A program made the translations under genes and the position numbers. A DNA stretch of 58,928 nucleotides, the filler included, from Squatina squatina (taxonomy: Eukaryota), in NCBI GenBank assembly GCA_031763465.1. It is 3 parts of 3 records of this genome, joined end to end, with 100 filler letters (N's around TTAATTAATTAA, not from the genome) between each part and the next. Parts side by side here need not be neighbours in the genome. Positions count along the whole stretch, not along the records: positions 37,260 to 58,928 come from JARFOE010000013.1; 2 more parts are not named here. The stretch is one strand, 5' to 3'. Below the pieces are notes generated by a model, which saw nothing but the letters and a program-made list of their open reading frames with translations, was not told the DNA's origin and ran no database searches. Every line of letters starts with the position of its first letter. The first letter of the stretch is position 1. Below are positions 37,992 through 50,914 of the stretch, in pieces.

Positions 37992-39362
37992 CTGCAAGAT
38001 AAAGAAGAGTCCTTCTGATTTTTATACAAAGATTAATCTCAAAATTAATTTCTGCTTAAAAGAAATAATTATTTGGGCTTCATTCTGTGTGATGGCTGCA
38101 GCTTAAGACTGAAGTGAGGGAGTTAATTGATATTACCAATTCTGGCCGGCTATTCTGACAGAATCTGTAGCAAACACAAAAGGAATTCAGTGGCACTTTA
38201 TTGATTTGCTTGGCTTGAGTGTTTTTTTCTTCTTCACCTTTTTTGCTGCATAAATNNNNNNNNNNNNNNNNNNNNNNNNNNNNNNNNNNNNNNNNNNNNN
38301 NNNNNNNNNNNNNNNNNNNNNNNNNNNNNNNNNNNNNNNNNNNNNNNNNNNNNNNTAAGGAAATATTGCTTGCCGAACGGTTTCAAAATTCAGTTGTAAC
38401 CAAAACAGAGTGGGGGATCAAGGTGTACAGTTTTTGTGCTGAGCACGATGTAACCCAGAAATGTCCAATCTTTGACGTGGGGGCAAACAAGGATCAAAAC
38501 CAGTAACTGATTACACAACAATGAGCCTCAAAATGCAAAAAAAAAAATCCCAGTACAAGTTAAAAAAAGGCAAGACCATGCAAAATGCTCCCATTGTCAT
38601 TGCACCTTCATTGCTGCCATCCTCCTCTGAAGCTTTTCTTGCTCCTCAAACCCACCCAGAAGAGAGAGAGGCGAGAAAAAATATATACTACAATGTGGAG
38701 CAATAAAATTTAAAACAGCTAGAATATTAAGTTCAGCCACTTGCATGCTCATTTTGGCAATATACATGTACTAGTACTTGGACTAGAAAATCTAGAGGAT
38801 ATGCTTAGACACCCAAGACATAATGCATTTCATTCCAACACATAATTTTGATTAATCGAATGATTATATAGAATTTAGACACTTCAAGGTGTTGCTTCAG
38901 TTTCTAAATGGAAAGTGAAAAACTAGGAATATTTCTCCAAGGCAATAGTTGAAGGTACTAACCTCAACACCAGCAGTGCTGAACAACCCTAGGGAGCTTG
39001 CCACAGTTACGATGTGTCCATGGTTCATTTCCAGCATCTTGGGAAGAAATGCCTTGGTAGTCTAATGAAGGAATAGCCAAAAATAATTTTGCTTCAAGAC
39101 CTACTCCACAAAACCAGGACCACTAATTTGTAAAACTAGATTTTGTTCCCACCAATAATCAACACCAAATCAGTTTAATCGAAAAAGAGCACTTTGAAGC
39201 TGAGACCATGTGAAAGTGAATGCAATAACAGTAATTCAAATTACAATTATTCTCAGACAATANNNNNNNNNNNNNNNNNNNNNNNNNNNNNNNNNNNNNN
39301 NNNNNNNNNNNNNNNNNNNNNNNNNNNNNNNNNNNNNNNNNNNNNNNNNNNNNNNNNNNNNN

Positions 39363-39690
39363 GGAAAATTCCATTTCTAGGTCTCCTCATAGGATAATCC
39401 CCCTCATTCTGGGAATCTGTTTAGTGAACCTTCATTGTACCCTAAGGCAAGTATTTACTTCCTTGGGTAAGGAGACCAAAACTGTGCACAGTACTCCAGG
39501 TGCAGTCCCAACCAAGGCCCCATACAACTGTAGTAAGACTTCCCTACTCTTGTACTATAATCCCTTAGTAATAAATGTTAACATACCATTTACTTTTCTA
39601 ATTCCTTGCTGTAGCTGCATGTTGACTTTGATTCATGAACAAGAACATCCAGGTTCATGTGAAAACCAGCAATTTCCCAGTCTCTCTAAT
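39363..39690 (-). mobile_element. CR1-like LINE ORF2 fragment
   Basis: Antisense remnants of CR1 motifs (LQLYGALVGTAPGVLCTVLVS, cf. [21 protein letters not shown]). Confidence 0.65.
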
Positions 39691-41585
39691 AAAAAAAAAT
39701 ATTGGCCCTGAAATTGCAATCAGAGGCTTTCTGCATGCAGAAGCCTCTGATCGCAAAAATGTCTACTAATTTACCTGACATTCCTCAATCCACCAAACTT
39801 GCATTTTTAATCCCACACAGATGTGCATTGGAGCTCTCTAGTTTTGTGGGGAAGCCTGTGGAGGTCACATGGGAGACCCCAACCAATCGGGTAGGAATAT
39901 CTCATTCAGGCTTTGACAGACCAGTCAAAACCTGAATGAGATGAAAGATGACACACATCCAAAAACATTTTTAAGACTCTAACATTAAAATTTAATAAAG
40001 GAGAGAAATAAGAATTTTGAAATTATAATTCTCTGACTGCACTCCTGGGTCTTTCCAACTTGGCTTTATCTAGTTTCTCTGGCCTATCTTCAGAAGTTGG
40101 AACTTTAAAAACACAATTAGAGTGCTGGTGCTGGAATTGCTTTTGAAAGGATCAATGGATCAATGCATTAAGAGAATGGAAGATTTGAACACACTAGCAG
40201 GAATGTATAAACTGAAGCCAATTTACTGGATGAATCTATGGCCTTGGGGCCCTCCAATACACCAAATGTGTTAACTAAACAAGGCTCCACATCCTAGTTC
40301 AGAGACTTAAACACTCCAGCCATTGTTAGTCACAAAGCAGCGTTCAGTTTCCGTTTATGGCAGATTAATTCACAAAAGCGGGAGATTTTATTTTGCTCGC
40401 TTGCACCCCTCGTAATTAATTTTCTTGTTGCCTTTTTAAACTGAAGACTGGAGATGGATTTTAGGAAACTAAGCTGATCACAGCTGTAGTGTCATCCCAC
40501 ATTAGTGCAACAAGGCAGCTGAAACAATGTTTAAACAGCCCTAGTTTTCAAAAAGCCACCTGGATTTCTTTAGTTTGGATCCTTGCTTTTATAGTACTTC
40601 TAGCAACACCAACAAGCCAGTCATTAGGATTTATTGGAAGTAGTTCCATTAATAGTTCAGATTACTTGAATTTCTATGTTGTTAATCAAGGGATCCTTAT
40701 TTGTCAACATAGGCAGCCATAAAGTACATTCGCNNNNNNNNNNNNNNNNNNNNNNNNNNNNNNNNNNNNNNNNNNNNNNNNNNNNNNNNNNNNNNNNNNN
40801 NNNNNNNNNNNNNNNNNNNNNNNNNNNNNNNNNTCGCCAGCCACTCCACAGAGTGCAAGAAACCAAACTGAAAATTTAAAAAAGGTTCACAATAGATCCC
40901 TGTTAAACCTTGATTGCCAAGATAAATACTTCACAAACTGGATTTAATGGTTGACATTTTATTTTTCTGAAACATACTGATGGAAAAAAAATCACTCGAG
41001 GCAGGTTTCCCCAAATTCATACGAAACGCATAAACAAGATTTTAAATCTGATTAGTCACAAGATCCTTTGATTCGCTTCTTGTTGAGATGGTAGTGATCA
41101 AGGGAACTGAGACATTGGATAATCCTCTTAAGCTTCTATAATAAGAGCCTGTTTGAAATTCTGGCCGTAGATTGCAGAGTCTGTTTATTGTAACATCCTT
41201 CAAAAAAGGAACTGATTATTGCACAGATCTACACATTCACCATTAAAGCACAGAATGCTGAACAGATTTTTCTAGAGCATTCCAACAAAGTTTTTCCTTT
41301 CTAGTTTCTTTCAGTACATTTTGGCAAAATACTGATTAATACTAAATACCAGATAGATGGCTTGCATCCCTAATCACACCACAGGATACACGCATGGCCC
41401 AAGGAGAAAGCTACCTTCAAATGAGAGTCTTCATAGTTAAGCATTTCACAAATCAGATTTAGCTACAAAACTCATTCCATGTGGCNNNNNNNNNNNNNNN
41501 NNNNNNNNNNNNNNNNNNNNNNNNNNNNNNNNNNNNNNNNNNNNNNNNNNNNNNNNNNNNNNNNNNNNNNNNNNNNNNNNNNNNN

Positions 41586-41670
41586 ACATCTAACTCCCTT
41601 TTGAATATAGCTAATGAGCTGGCCTCAACAGCTTCCTGTGGTAGAGAGTTCCATAGGTTCACATCATGTG
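41586..41670 (-). mobile_element. CR1-like LINE ORF2 C-terminal fragment
   Basis: VNLWNSLPQEAVEASSLAIFKRELD. Confidence 0.8.
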
Positions 41671-42002
41671 TAAAGGCGGACTAACATTTCAGTTGGACAT
41701 CCTTTGCCAGACTGAATTTTTTTTTTAAAGTACAAACTATTATTTTGTACAGGGGCCACGATGCGTTGTGTAGTAAATGACAATAAATGCAGTAGTTGGG
41801 CACTAAGTGAGGCTTTATTTATGGCTGTTAAATGGTATTGTTTGTTTTTGCACATGTATACCTTGAGTTTTTCAAATTCTTTTTTGTAGCACTTTTTCTG
41901 AAGGGGAAGAATGAATTATTATGATTTGATTATCTTGTTCTAAAGTGGAGCACAATATAAATCATATGTATTACATTTTAAGTAAAGATACACTCTCTAT
42001 AT

Positions 42003-42056
42003 AAAATCTACAAGAAAGCTGCGAGTTCCCACAAGGAATACAAGCAAATGTACAGA
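42003..42056 (+). pseudogene. Isolated fragment of upstream RPL7 coding sequence inside an RPL7 intron
   Basis: KIYKKAASSHKEYKQMYR vs recalled human RPL7 LIYEKAKHYHKEYRQMYR (12/18 identical); no splice sites; similarity ends on both sides. Confidence 0.7.
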
Positions 42057-42301
42057 TGTTCAAACTTGGTGTTGAACTAACAATATGAAGGTTTTCTCCT
42101 CTTGATGGAATGAGGAACAACATCCTGGTTTTAAACTGATTTCCCCTTTTGTAAGGTTTGAAATCTAACCTGCTTCTGCATCACTGCCTGGCCTGAACCA
42201 GGTGCGAGGAGGCAAAGGGGAGGTTCCCTCTTCTAATTATGAATTTAAGATGCATTTCCAAATGATAAATTGTTACAAATGAGCCAATTATTACATTTCA
42301 G

Positions 42302-42510
42302 GAAAGTATGGCATAATTTGTATTGAAGATCTGATCCATGAGATCTACACAGTGGGCAAGAACTTCAAAATGGCCAACAATTACTTGTGGCCCTTCAAAC
42401 TATCCTCGCCACGTGGTGGCATGAACAAAAAGACAACACACTTTGTTGAGGGTGGTGATGCTGGTAACCGAGAAGACCAAATCAACAGAATGATCAGAAC
42501 TATGAACTAA
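42302..42510 (+). CDS. RPL7: 60S ribosomal protein L7 (uL30), last coding exon
   Basis: catttcag acceptor; (G)[68 protein letters not shown]-stop (TAA 42508-42510); AG|GTATTT donor 2 nt after the stop. Confidence 0.97.
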
Positions 42511-44327
42511 AGGTATTTTTTGTGCTTTTTTGATGTGGATTAATGATAGATGTATGGCTGGGAATAGAAAAATTACAATTCAAGTGAAAACATGTCTTGC
42601 ACAAGGTGAATTTAATCATGTCTGTACTAATGCTCACGTTGTTTTGGTCGCAAATAAGACTTTGTTATGGCACTATTAGCATTGGGAAAGCTCTCTGGAA
42701 TTGCATATGGCTTTTTTGAAAGAGTGAATTTTCTTTGGTAGCACATTAGNNNNNNNNNNNNNNNNNNNNNNNNNNNNNNNNNNNNNNNNNNNNNNNNNNN
42801 NNNNNNNNNNNNNNNNNNNNNNNNNNNNNNNNNNNNNNNNNNNNNNNNNNNNNNNNNNNNNNNNNNNNNNNNNNNNNNNNNNNNNNNNNNNNNNNNNNNN
42901 NNNNNNNNNNNNNNNNNNNNNNNNNNNNNNNNNNNNNNNNNNNNNNNNNNNNNNNNNNNNNNNNNNNNNNNNNNNNNNNNNNNNNNNNNNNNNNNNNNNN
43001 NNNNNNNNNNNNNNNNNNNNNNNNNNNNNNNNNNNNNNNNNNNNNNNNNNNNNNNNNNNNNNNNNNNNNNNNNNNNNNNNNNNNNNNNNNNNNNNNNNNN
43101 NNNNNNNNNNNNNNNNNNNNNNNNNNNNNNNNNNNNNNNNNNNNNNNNNNNNNNNNNNNNNNNNNNNNNNNNNNNNNNNNNNNNNNNNNNNNNNNNNNNN
43201 NNNNNNNNNNNNNNNNNNNNNNNNNNNNNNNNNNNNNNNNNNNNNNNNNNNNNNNNNNNNNNNNNNNNNNNNNNNNNNNNNNNNNNNNNNNNNNNNNNNN
43301 NNNNNNNNNNNNNNNNNNNNNNNNNNNNNNNNNNNNNNNNNNNNNNNNNNNNNNNNNNNNNNNNNNNNNNNNNNNNNNNNNNNNNNNNNNNNNNNNNNNN
43401 NNNNNNNNNNNNNNNNNNNNNNNNNNNNNNNNNNNNNNNNNNNNNNNNNNNNNNNNNNNNNNNNNNNNNNNNNNNNNNNNNNNNNNNNNNNNNNNNNNNN
43501 NNNNNNNNNNNNNNNNNNNNNNNNNNNNNNNGTAATTGTTTTCTGATCCAGTTGCAGGACAAGAGGCCATCTGGTACAAAAATATATAGTTTAAGAACTT
43601 GGTTGGCAGCAAAATGCTTTGTGCGGCCGAGGCCCATAAGACAGTGATTGGAATAATATATTAACATAGATCATTTTTTACAGCTAAACTGACTTTTTTA
43701 AACATTGGTTTCTATTGATCAGGAATTTGTTTATGATTTGGATTATTCTGCACAATTTGTGTCTGAAGTTCCTCATTTTAAATTAAAACTTTAGTATGAG
43801 AGCCACTCAAGCTATTAACATTCTGAAGATTTTTGACACTAGGATTTGAAAATACCAAAGAGAAAATAAGCATTTTTTTAAAAAAAAAAACAGTAGTATT
43901 GCATATCAAGGAATTTACGGTTGCTGTAGACACCTGAATACATATGCCTTCATGTACAGGTTAGAATGAAGCAAACATTTGTTTTGTAGGATAGAGACAG
44001 GAAAATACTTGAGATTTAATGGCACCTTAAAGGGCAATGGCAGCTTGTTCTAGTTATCTGTGTCATCTTGAAAGGAAGTTGAAGAGTCTTTGGAGGAAAA
44101 GGAGGAAATAAAGCAAAAGCATGAGTGCATAATTTTGAGCAAATTATTTTTGTAACTGGAGTTGACTGTAAACTGATTTCTTTCTGACGGATGAGCTTTC
44201 TAGCTCTTTGCCAGATACAGTGCAGTCCACTTTCTGTCCAAGGCCGAGTATTAAGTTGTGAGATTTTTCTTTTGAATAAGTGATTTTTTTTCTTCTACTA
44301 AAATTTTTTTATTCTCTTCCCTTCTAG

Positions 44328-44390
44328 GTATGCAACACATGTGAAATTTCCACCTTGTTCTGTTAAATAAAGACATTATTTACACAGTCA
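44328..44390 (+). other. RPL7: RPL7 non-coding terminal (3'UTR) exon with polyA signal
   Basis: Strong polypyrimidine tract ending cttctag at 44327; AATAAA at 44366-44371; T-rich downstream element; 3' end approximate. Confidence 0.7.
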
Positions 44391-44595
44391 TCTTTTGTCC
44401 TGGGCTCTTGTTTGCAAGTACAGTAGAATTTTAAATATTTAATTTGAAATTTCTGGGAGGCTTGATTCCCCTACAGTCCAACCATCAAGCTCTTGNNNNN
44501 NNNNNNNNNNNNNNNNNNNNNNNNNNNNNNNNNNNNNNNNNNNNNNNNNNNNNNNNNNNNNNNNNNNNNNNNNNNNNNNNNNNNNNNNNNNNNNN

Positions 44596-45132
44596 TCCTC
44601 TGATGATCCCATCCCTTCTTCCAATCTCATCCCCTGCCGTGTTTTCACTATCCCCTCTGACCTTCTCCTCTCTGACCCCGAACAATCAGCCCTCAGCAAA
44701 GGCCTGAGCTTCATCCCCTTATGCCCCCACCTCAATGAATTTCGAGCTCAGCATGACGCAGAGCTCTTTTTCCGTCGCCTCCACCTCCATGCCCACTTTT
44801 TTGGCCAGGAATCTTCCCCCTCACAGCTGACCTTTTCCTCCTGTTTTCAGAATTCTCGCTCTACCTGGACTCCTCCCTCTGGCTTCTTAACCTCTCTAGA
44901 TCTTTTCATTGCCAACTGCCAATGTGACATCGGCCGTCCCAATTTTTCTAGTCCCCTCACACACTCCAACCTACCTCCCTCTGAACTCGCAGCATTCAAC
45001 AAGCCTCTACCTTGTGGAGGCTGAACGGCAACTCTCTGACACCTCTTCCACCTCACCCTGGATCATGACCCCACTACCAACCATCAAGCCATCATTTCCC
45101 AGACCGTCACTGGGAATATTTTTTCCCACCTA
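44596..45132 (+). mobile_element. Penelope-like retroelement fragment, disrupted
   Basis: CRVFTIPSDLLLSDPEQSALSKGLSFIPLCPHLNEFRAQHDAELFFRRLHLHAHFF..STWTPPSG..SNLPPSELAA, typical of the PLE pre-RT region. Confidence 0.8.
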
Positions 45133-45874
45133 NNNNNNNNNNNNNNNNNNNNNNNNNNNNNNNNNNNNNNNNNNNNNNNNNNNNNNNNNNNNNNNNNNNN
45201 NNNNNNNNNNNNNNNNNNNNNNNNNNNNNNNNTTGGAGGGTTCAAGGCAAATTTTCAAAGAGTCCCATTTCCAGTGCGAAATTCGGCGCTTAGCGCTAGA
45301 AATGCCCAATACACGAATTGGCCGCCCCCAGTGTGTACAACAACAAATAATGTCCCAAGGTGTTTCAAAGGACAAACGCATGGCATGCATTAGAACATTG
45401 GAAGCAATATTACAAGGATAGATGTTGTAGTCAGATGCTTGTAGGAAGGGAGTAGGAAATATAGGAGGAGAGAGAAGAGTAATTGTATCTGAAGTGCAAA
45501 CCACAAGATAGGAAAATAGCTAGATCTAGAGAGGTCCTTTCTGCCAAATAAATTGGTATTGCAGGGGTTCCAGTCCCCTAAACCTTCCAGTCATCCTTCA
45601 AGTTCCATTATATCAGTCTTCTAATTCATCAGCATGCTTTAGATTTAAGTTATTTATTTCCTCTATACCGTCCTGTCAATCTACCATTACAGTATCGAGA
45701 GATTAATTTTTCCATAAGCCTTAAGGAACATTTTCTTTTAATAATTAGTTTGCTTTCCTTCCCCCTTGACTTAATTCTGACTGTTTTTGATTTCAAAATT
45801 GGTTGATAATTGAAGTCAAATCTTTGTTTCTGTTATTGTAGTGGTTTCTTTGGTATTGCAACTTTTTGTCTTAT

Positions 45875-45947
45875 AATACTCCTGTGAAGCGCCTTGGGAC
45901 GATTTACTGCATTAAAGGTGCTATATAAATACAAGTTGTTGTTGTTG
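45875..45947 (+). mobile_element. L2/SINE-type 3' tail
   Basis: cctgtgaagcgccttgggacg..taaaggtgctatataaatacaagttgttgttgttg; a related tail occurs at about 11310-11370. Confidence 0.6.
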
Positions 45948-47184
45948 CAATTCAAGTTGTGTAAGTTAATTGAAATCAAGATCTGTTAAAATGATAATTG
46001 TGTTAGTAAAAGTTGTAAGAATTATAATGTTAAATTGAAAGGATTGAACAGAACTCTCGGCTATTGGTTACTTTCGCTTCAATGCGCAGTGGCTCAAAAA
46101 TGACAGTAGTCGGTTTCGAACTGACATCCGAGTACACTGAACCAAATTGGTGGAAAATTCAGTTTAGAGTGAAGTTAGTTTGTAAAAAGTGCTCCATTGG
46201 ACTTTGTGGACTCTTGAGCATTTTCAATGTAATGAAAAAACAAATACTACTGACCAGTCTTGTTAACGTAGTCCTTGGGAGAGCATGCATAAAGCTTTCT
46301 CTTGGTGGGTAGTGGACAAATTATGGCCCAAAGTATAACTCTGGTTGTGCTAAGTTGTGCTCCTCACCCCACAGGTACCAGTAATATAATATAACGGCCT
46401 TAAACATTCTTATTGGTTGTTTTCACCATTCCTCAATTGGTAACACTTGTGTACTGGAACTATGACACTCTATTCTCCAATGTTACATGCACTATATTAA
46501 CCTTTGACCTGACTCTCTGAACATAACAGAAAGCAACATTCTTACAGAAAGCTATACACAACCATTGATGTTGGTCTGGATTACTTTTGACTTTTTGTTG
46601 CATTTTACCACTGAACAACGGTGTGCAAATTCTTAAAAGGTATGAATTGAAGTGAACTAAAATTCTACCCCATGGGTAGAAAACCATTTAACAGTTTGCA
46701 TTCCAGATGAGGTTCCCACTGGGTTGTATACTTTGGACCAAAGTTCAATTCATGGCTATAATCTGTTTCAAGGCAACTAGCTTAATATTTTACTTTTTTA
46801 ATGAGATTATTTCAAAGGGAAAGGAAAGTCTAGAGCGTGTACGGTTTGGTCAAAGTAATCCACCATTCTATAAAATACCATTACCCTGAGGAGAACTTGG
46901 ATATTTTTTAATGTTCATTTTCTTACCAGCAGGGGCAGTGTTGAGCAGGGTCTCCTTCCTTCTGGGCCACTTCAATTGACTGCAAAATGGCAGTGAGATG
47001 TAACTTGAGTTGGCACTTGTTTCAGGGCAGTGTAAACAATTTCTGTGGATCTTTTTGTCAATTCTGACTAATGGCCCAGCACTGAAATGTTACCCTGTCT
47101 TCTCCCTTCACAGTTGCTAAAGGACCTGTTGTGTTTATAGCATTTTCTGGTGTATTATGAACAATGGGGCAAATGTTGCGTGGC

Positions 47185-47480
47185 AGGGCATCGAATGGCA
47201 TCTGCCGTTAGTTAGACATGCCCTTGCACGTTTGAGTTTTGATATTTTTTTGCGTGGCAAGTTGCTGAAAGTTTGAGCCAATAACACCGCAGCGAGGGAA
47301 ACTGGGCACCTGGGACCTGAGTGAGCAGGACAAGCAACTGTGTGTCTCCTTGACCAATCAGATTGAAGGATTGTGAACTGAACAGCATAAATACTGAGAA
47401 GGAAGAGTAATTTAGAATGGTGAATTCAATGTCAAATCAGGCAAAGAAAGAGAAATACAAAGAGGAAAAGAAAGATTGGA
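47185..47480 (+). repeat. Interspersed repeat, homologous to 24120-24400
   Basis: Direct similarity to the scaffold-2 copy; lies just left of Harbinger-like sequence. Confidence 0.75.
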
Positions 47481-48479
47481 TTAAAAGCGACAGAAAGAGA
47501 AAGTAAATACATTTTTTTTTCATTTTTAAAAATCTCCAACAACAATTAAAACTTGAAGAAATGGGACTCTGCACTTCTAATAGTTAATTTCAATGCCAGA
47601 GCAGTTGACTGGCAGTAATTAACACATCACCTTGCTAAAAGAATATTTAGATTTGAAATGAATTGACTTAACTTTTAGGTGTGAGTGATGGTAGCATGTG
47701 TGTGTTTGGGCACAAAACTGTGCATGAGCTACTTCTGTGAGGCTATGAATAGACTTTTGGGGTGTCAATTTGATTTTGTGGAATATGGATGAAGCCGAAG
47801 CGATGGACTCTGAGTAAAATGGCTTCTTGGTGTTGGTCAGTACAGGTAGGCGTGCAGGGTGGAGGAGTCAAAGTTGTAGCTGCCGCTTGTCCTTGAGGTT
47901 TTGAAGTTTGCTGTTTGTGCAAAATATTTTTCAGGCTGTTAATGTTCTCTTACAGAATTCATCTCTTTACGGACAAGCAGATGGGGCTGGAGACTCCTGC
48001 AACGTGGCATCTGTGCTCGCCAAAGGCCATTATTTGGCATAGGCATTGCAGGCATTCATGTGGCAGGAGTGAAGAACTAGAACTAGTATCTGCTTGTACA
48101 AGTTTGAACATTGTGGGTTTTTTAGCATGAGGTTGAGGTTNNNNNNNNNNNNNNNNNNNNNNNNNNNNNNNNNNNNNNNNNNNNNNNNNNNNNNNNNNNN
48201 NNNNNNNNNNNNNNNNNNNNNNNNNNNNNNNNNNNNNNNNTGTGCTGCAATGGAAGCTGAGACGTGGACAATCGGAAGCTTGGTTGGGTCCACAAGTGTG
48301 CTCATGGAGTTGCCAACACTTCCATGCTGGAAAGGATGGGCTCCAAGCTACGCATAAAGCCCTATGCCAAGTTGGTGCTGGTCTCCTCCATGCTCCTTGA
48401 TATTGAGTGCAAGCTTTCTTGCAGGTTTCCCAATGCAGCAAGCATTTTGTTGTCTAGGTTATCGGGCTTCTTCTGTAGC

Positions 48480-49050
48480 CTGCCTCATTGAAGTCCTTAT
48501 ATGGTTCCTCTGCAGCAGAACTTGTTGCGACCTTGCCCTCCGGCAAGCTGGAACCTGTGCTATCCTTGACTCCTCCTCTGGCTGCAGTGCACTCATGCCC
48601 GGAGTCTTACCACGTGCAGATCCCACTTCTAATCTATCCTCTAAGATGTGCATAACGTCAGTATCTAAGCTAGTGGCTGCGAGTATAAAATCAAGTGACG
48701 GAGCTGTGTCTTCATCATCACGCTCTTCTTGCTGTTCCTCCACGGCCTGGCCTAGGTGCAGCTTTTGGTAAAAGGCACAGGGGTAAGGTTGTGGTGAGGG
48801 GAGGAGGGTTTAGCAAAAGGTGCATGCTTATGCCATCTGTAGCTTGTAAATTAGAAGAGATTATAGGATGTTAGAAGAAGGATACCATTATCTTCTATGG
48901 TTTCAGCCCTGCAGCTGGGCACTGCCTCAGAAATGGCCATTCCAATGATGGTGACCACTGTCTCCTCCATGGGGGTAAGGACATGTAGGCGTGACTGTGC
49001 CCTGCCAGTTAGCTCCTGATGTCTCTGGTTGTGCACAACCTTGCCCTGCA
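48480..49050 (-). mobile_element. Harbinger second ORF (Myb/SANT-like protein) remnant
   Basis: KVVHNQRHQELTGRAQSRLHVLTPMEETVVTIIG resembles the post-Myb KxxxxxxxxxxTGGG..LTPxEE region of Harbinger Myb-like proteins. Confidence 0.6.
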
Positions 49051-49307
49051 AGCTAGAGGGAAATGTGCCAGTTAGTGTAGTGCAATCTGTTTGAGTGATG
49101 TGGCTATCATGGTTGAATAGCTGGAAGTGTGTGCAAACTGTGAGATGTGTGTTTAAGGTTTGTAACAGTGCTNNNNNNNNNNNNNNNNNNNNNNNNNNNN
49201 NNNNNNNNNNNNNNNNNNNNNNNNNNNNNNNNNNNNNNNNNNNNNNNNNNNNNNNNNNNNNNNNNNNNNNNNATGTGCTTATTGAAGGTATTTATAGTTG
49301 ATATTAG

Positions 49308-50724
49308 CTGAGCTCATCTACTCTTGAAATGCTGGTCTGATGTGGACTGCAGGGCAGCCTTTCACAAGATTCGTGTTCCCAGGTAAGAATTGGTCAAATC
49401 TAACTTGTATGAGATTTAAAGAGAAAAGTACTTTTCTTTACAATAAACCATCCCAGTCAATGCTTATCAACAGGCATTGACAGCGATGGTTTATTTAAAA
49501 TAAAGGGTTGGGTTTTTTTTTTAGTACATTTTATCCTTTGGAGTTTTCAAAATACTTATCCTTCCCCTGATCCTACGTATCCATGCTATTCTTTGGGAAA
49601 GTGAGACAAATAGCATGCGAACATGTCTTAATACCACAAATGGTTTTCCTATCAGGATGTATATCTGAGTAGTGCAGAAATGGTTTTAATAATTTTATGT
49701 TCTTTTATTTGTCTGTAATTCAGCTAGGTGGGACGAAATTTGAAATATGAATCTCCTGGATCAGAACCAGCACATCAGTATAGTTGTTACTGTATGTTCC
49801 ATAATAGGTTTCAATACGTAATCGGTCACAGAGCTAATATACTCTTTTTTTTCCTTCCCTCTTCTGAAAGTAATGACTTATGCTGGTTCCATGAGCCTCA
49901 ACTGCCTTTGTCAAGCTGACCATTTTTTATGCATGCGCCCAGACATAGGAGATTTAATACCTAAGCTTGATACTGTCTAACCTGTCATGTACGTTCCAGC
50001 AGGGGTTACTGTACAGTGATCAGGTATGGAAAACCTGACTGTTTTTTCCCCATGCTATCTGGAAACACTGAGGCCAATTATAGCTTTCTCACGCTCCGCT
50101 AACTGAATTCAGCACAGATCAGAGGATGAATCTGGGGCCTCTTTTGTTTCTATGCTTCATTACCCATGCCATTCTGGGTTTACCCATTAAGCCAGCACCA
50201 TGATTATACATGTCGAATACAGGAATAGATTTAAAGGAATGTACAAATGGATTCAATAACATTAAAACGGATTCATTTTTTTCCCCAATAATAATGCCAT
50301 TTAAAGTTGAAAATTGTAACATAGGCATAGAAATTGTGTTTTCTTTTTGGGTTACAACAGGATCCCTTTGTTTCAATGGCAGGTTTGTGGTTATCTTGTA
50401 AAAACAGCAGCTTGAAATATCTAGAAATATCAAATTATGATGTAACTATTGCTGAATATTGAACTTTTTAAGAATTCTACACAATGATCTTAATTCATTT
50501 GCATTTGTTTTTTTGCTGATACAGTACAGAGCTACCAGAACCCTCTCCAAGGTGCATCAGCCGCATTCATTCATCGACTGACAGAAATAGCTGGTTTGGA
50601 ATGCAATACTATTCGGCAAGAAATAAATACGCAAGCTGAAGAAGAGATCAGACTGCTGAAGATATTTAAATTGTCCCACTTTCAGTCACACTTTTCAATG
50701 TTAAAACAAAACAGTACTGAATAA
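49308..50724 (+). pseudogene. C8orf89-like gene, three candidate exons (about 49308-49382, 49724-49791, 50525-50724), apparently frame-disrupted
   Basis: Last exon QSYQNPLQGASAAFIHRLTEIAGLECNTIRQE matches recalled C8orf89 [30 protein letters not shown]; same strand as and downstream of RPL7, as in human; donors GTAAG (49383) and GTATGT (49792); AATAAA 50858-50863; pseudogene status is inferred. Confidence 0.6.
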
Positions 50725-50914
50725 GAAGTAACTAAATGTGATGGATATAACCCAGTAGAAACAACTGAGTTTGCCAAACTGAGCTATCTGGTCAGGATTT
50801 TATATTTACCTGCACCTTACAAACGATATAAATGTATATTGCTGTACACACTGATGTAATAAAGTCTTCATTATGGTGCGGGTCAGAAAAGAAAAAAAAA
50901 AAAGACTGGGATTA

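Noticed and set aside
42627-42748. Intronic H/ACA snoRNA candidate in RPL7 (ctaatgct..agcattgg stem, then a second stem followed by ACA)
   Set aside because: No ANANNA H box in the hinge and weak internal pairing; would need an Infernal/Rfam hit
43721-43773. Intronic C/D snoRNA candidate (terminal stem plus CTGA)
   Set aside because: C box is degenerate (ATGATTT) and the unit is only about 53 nt
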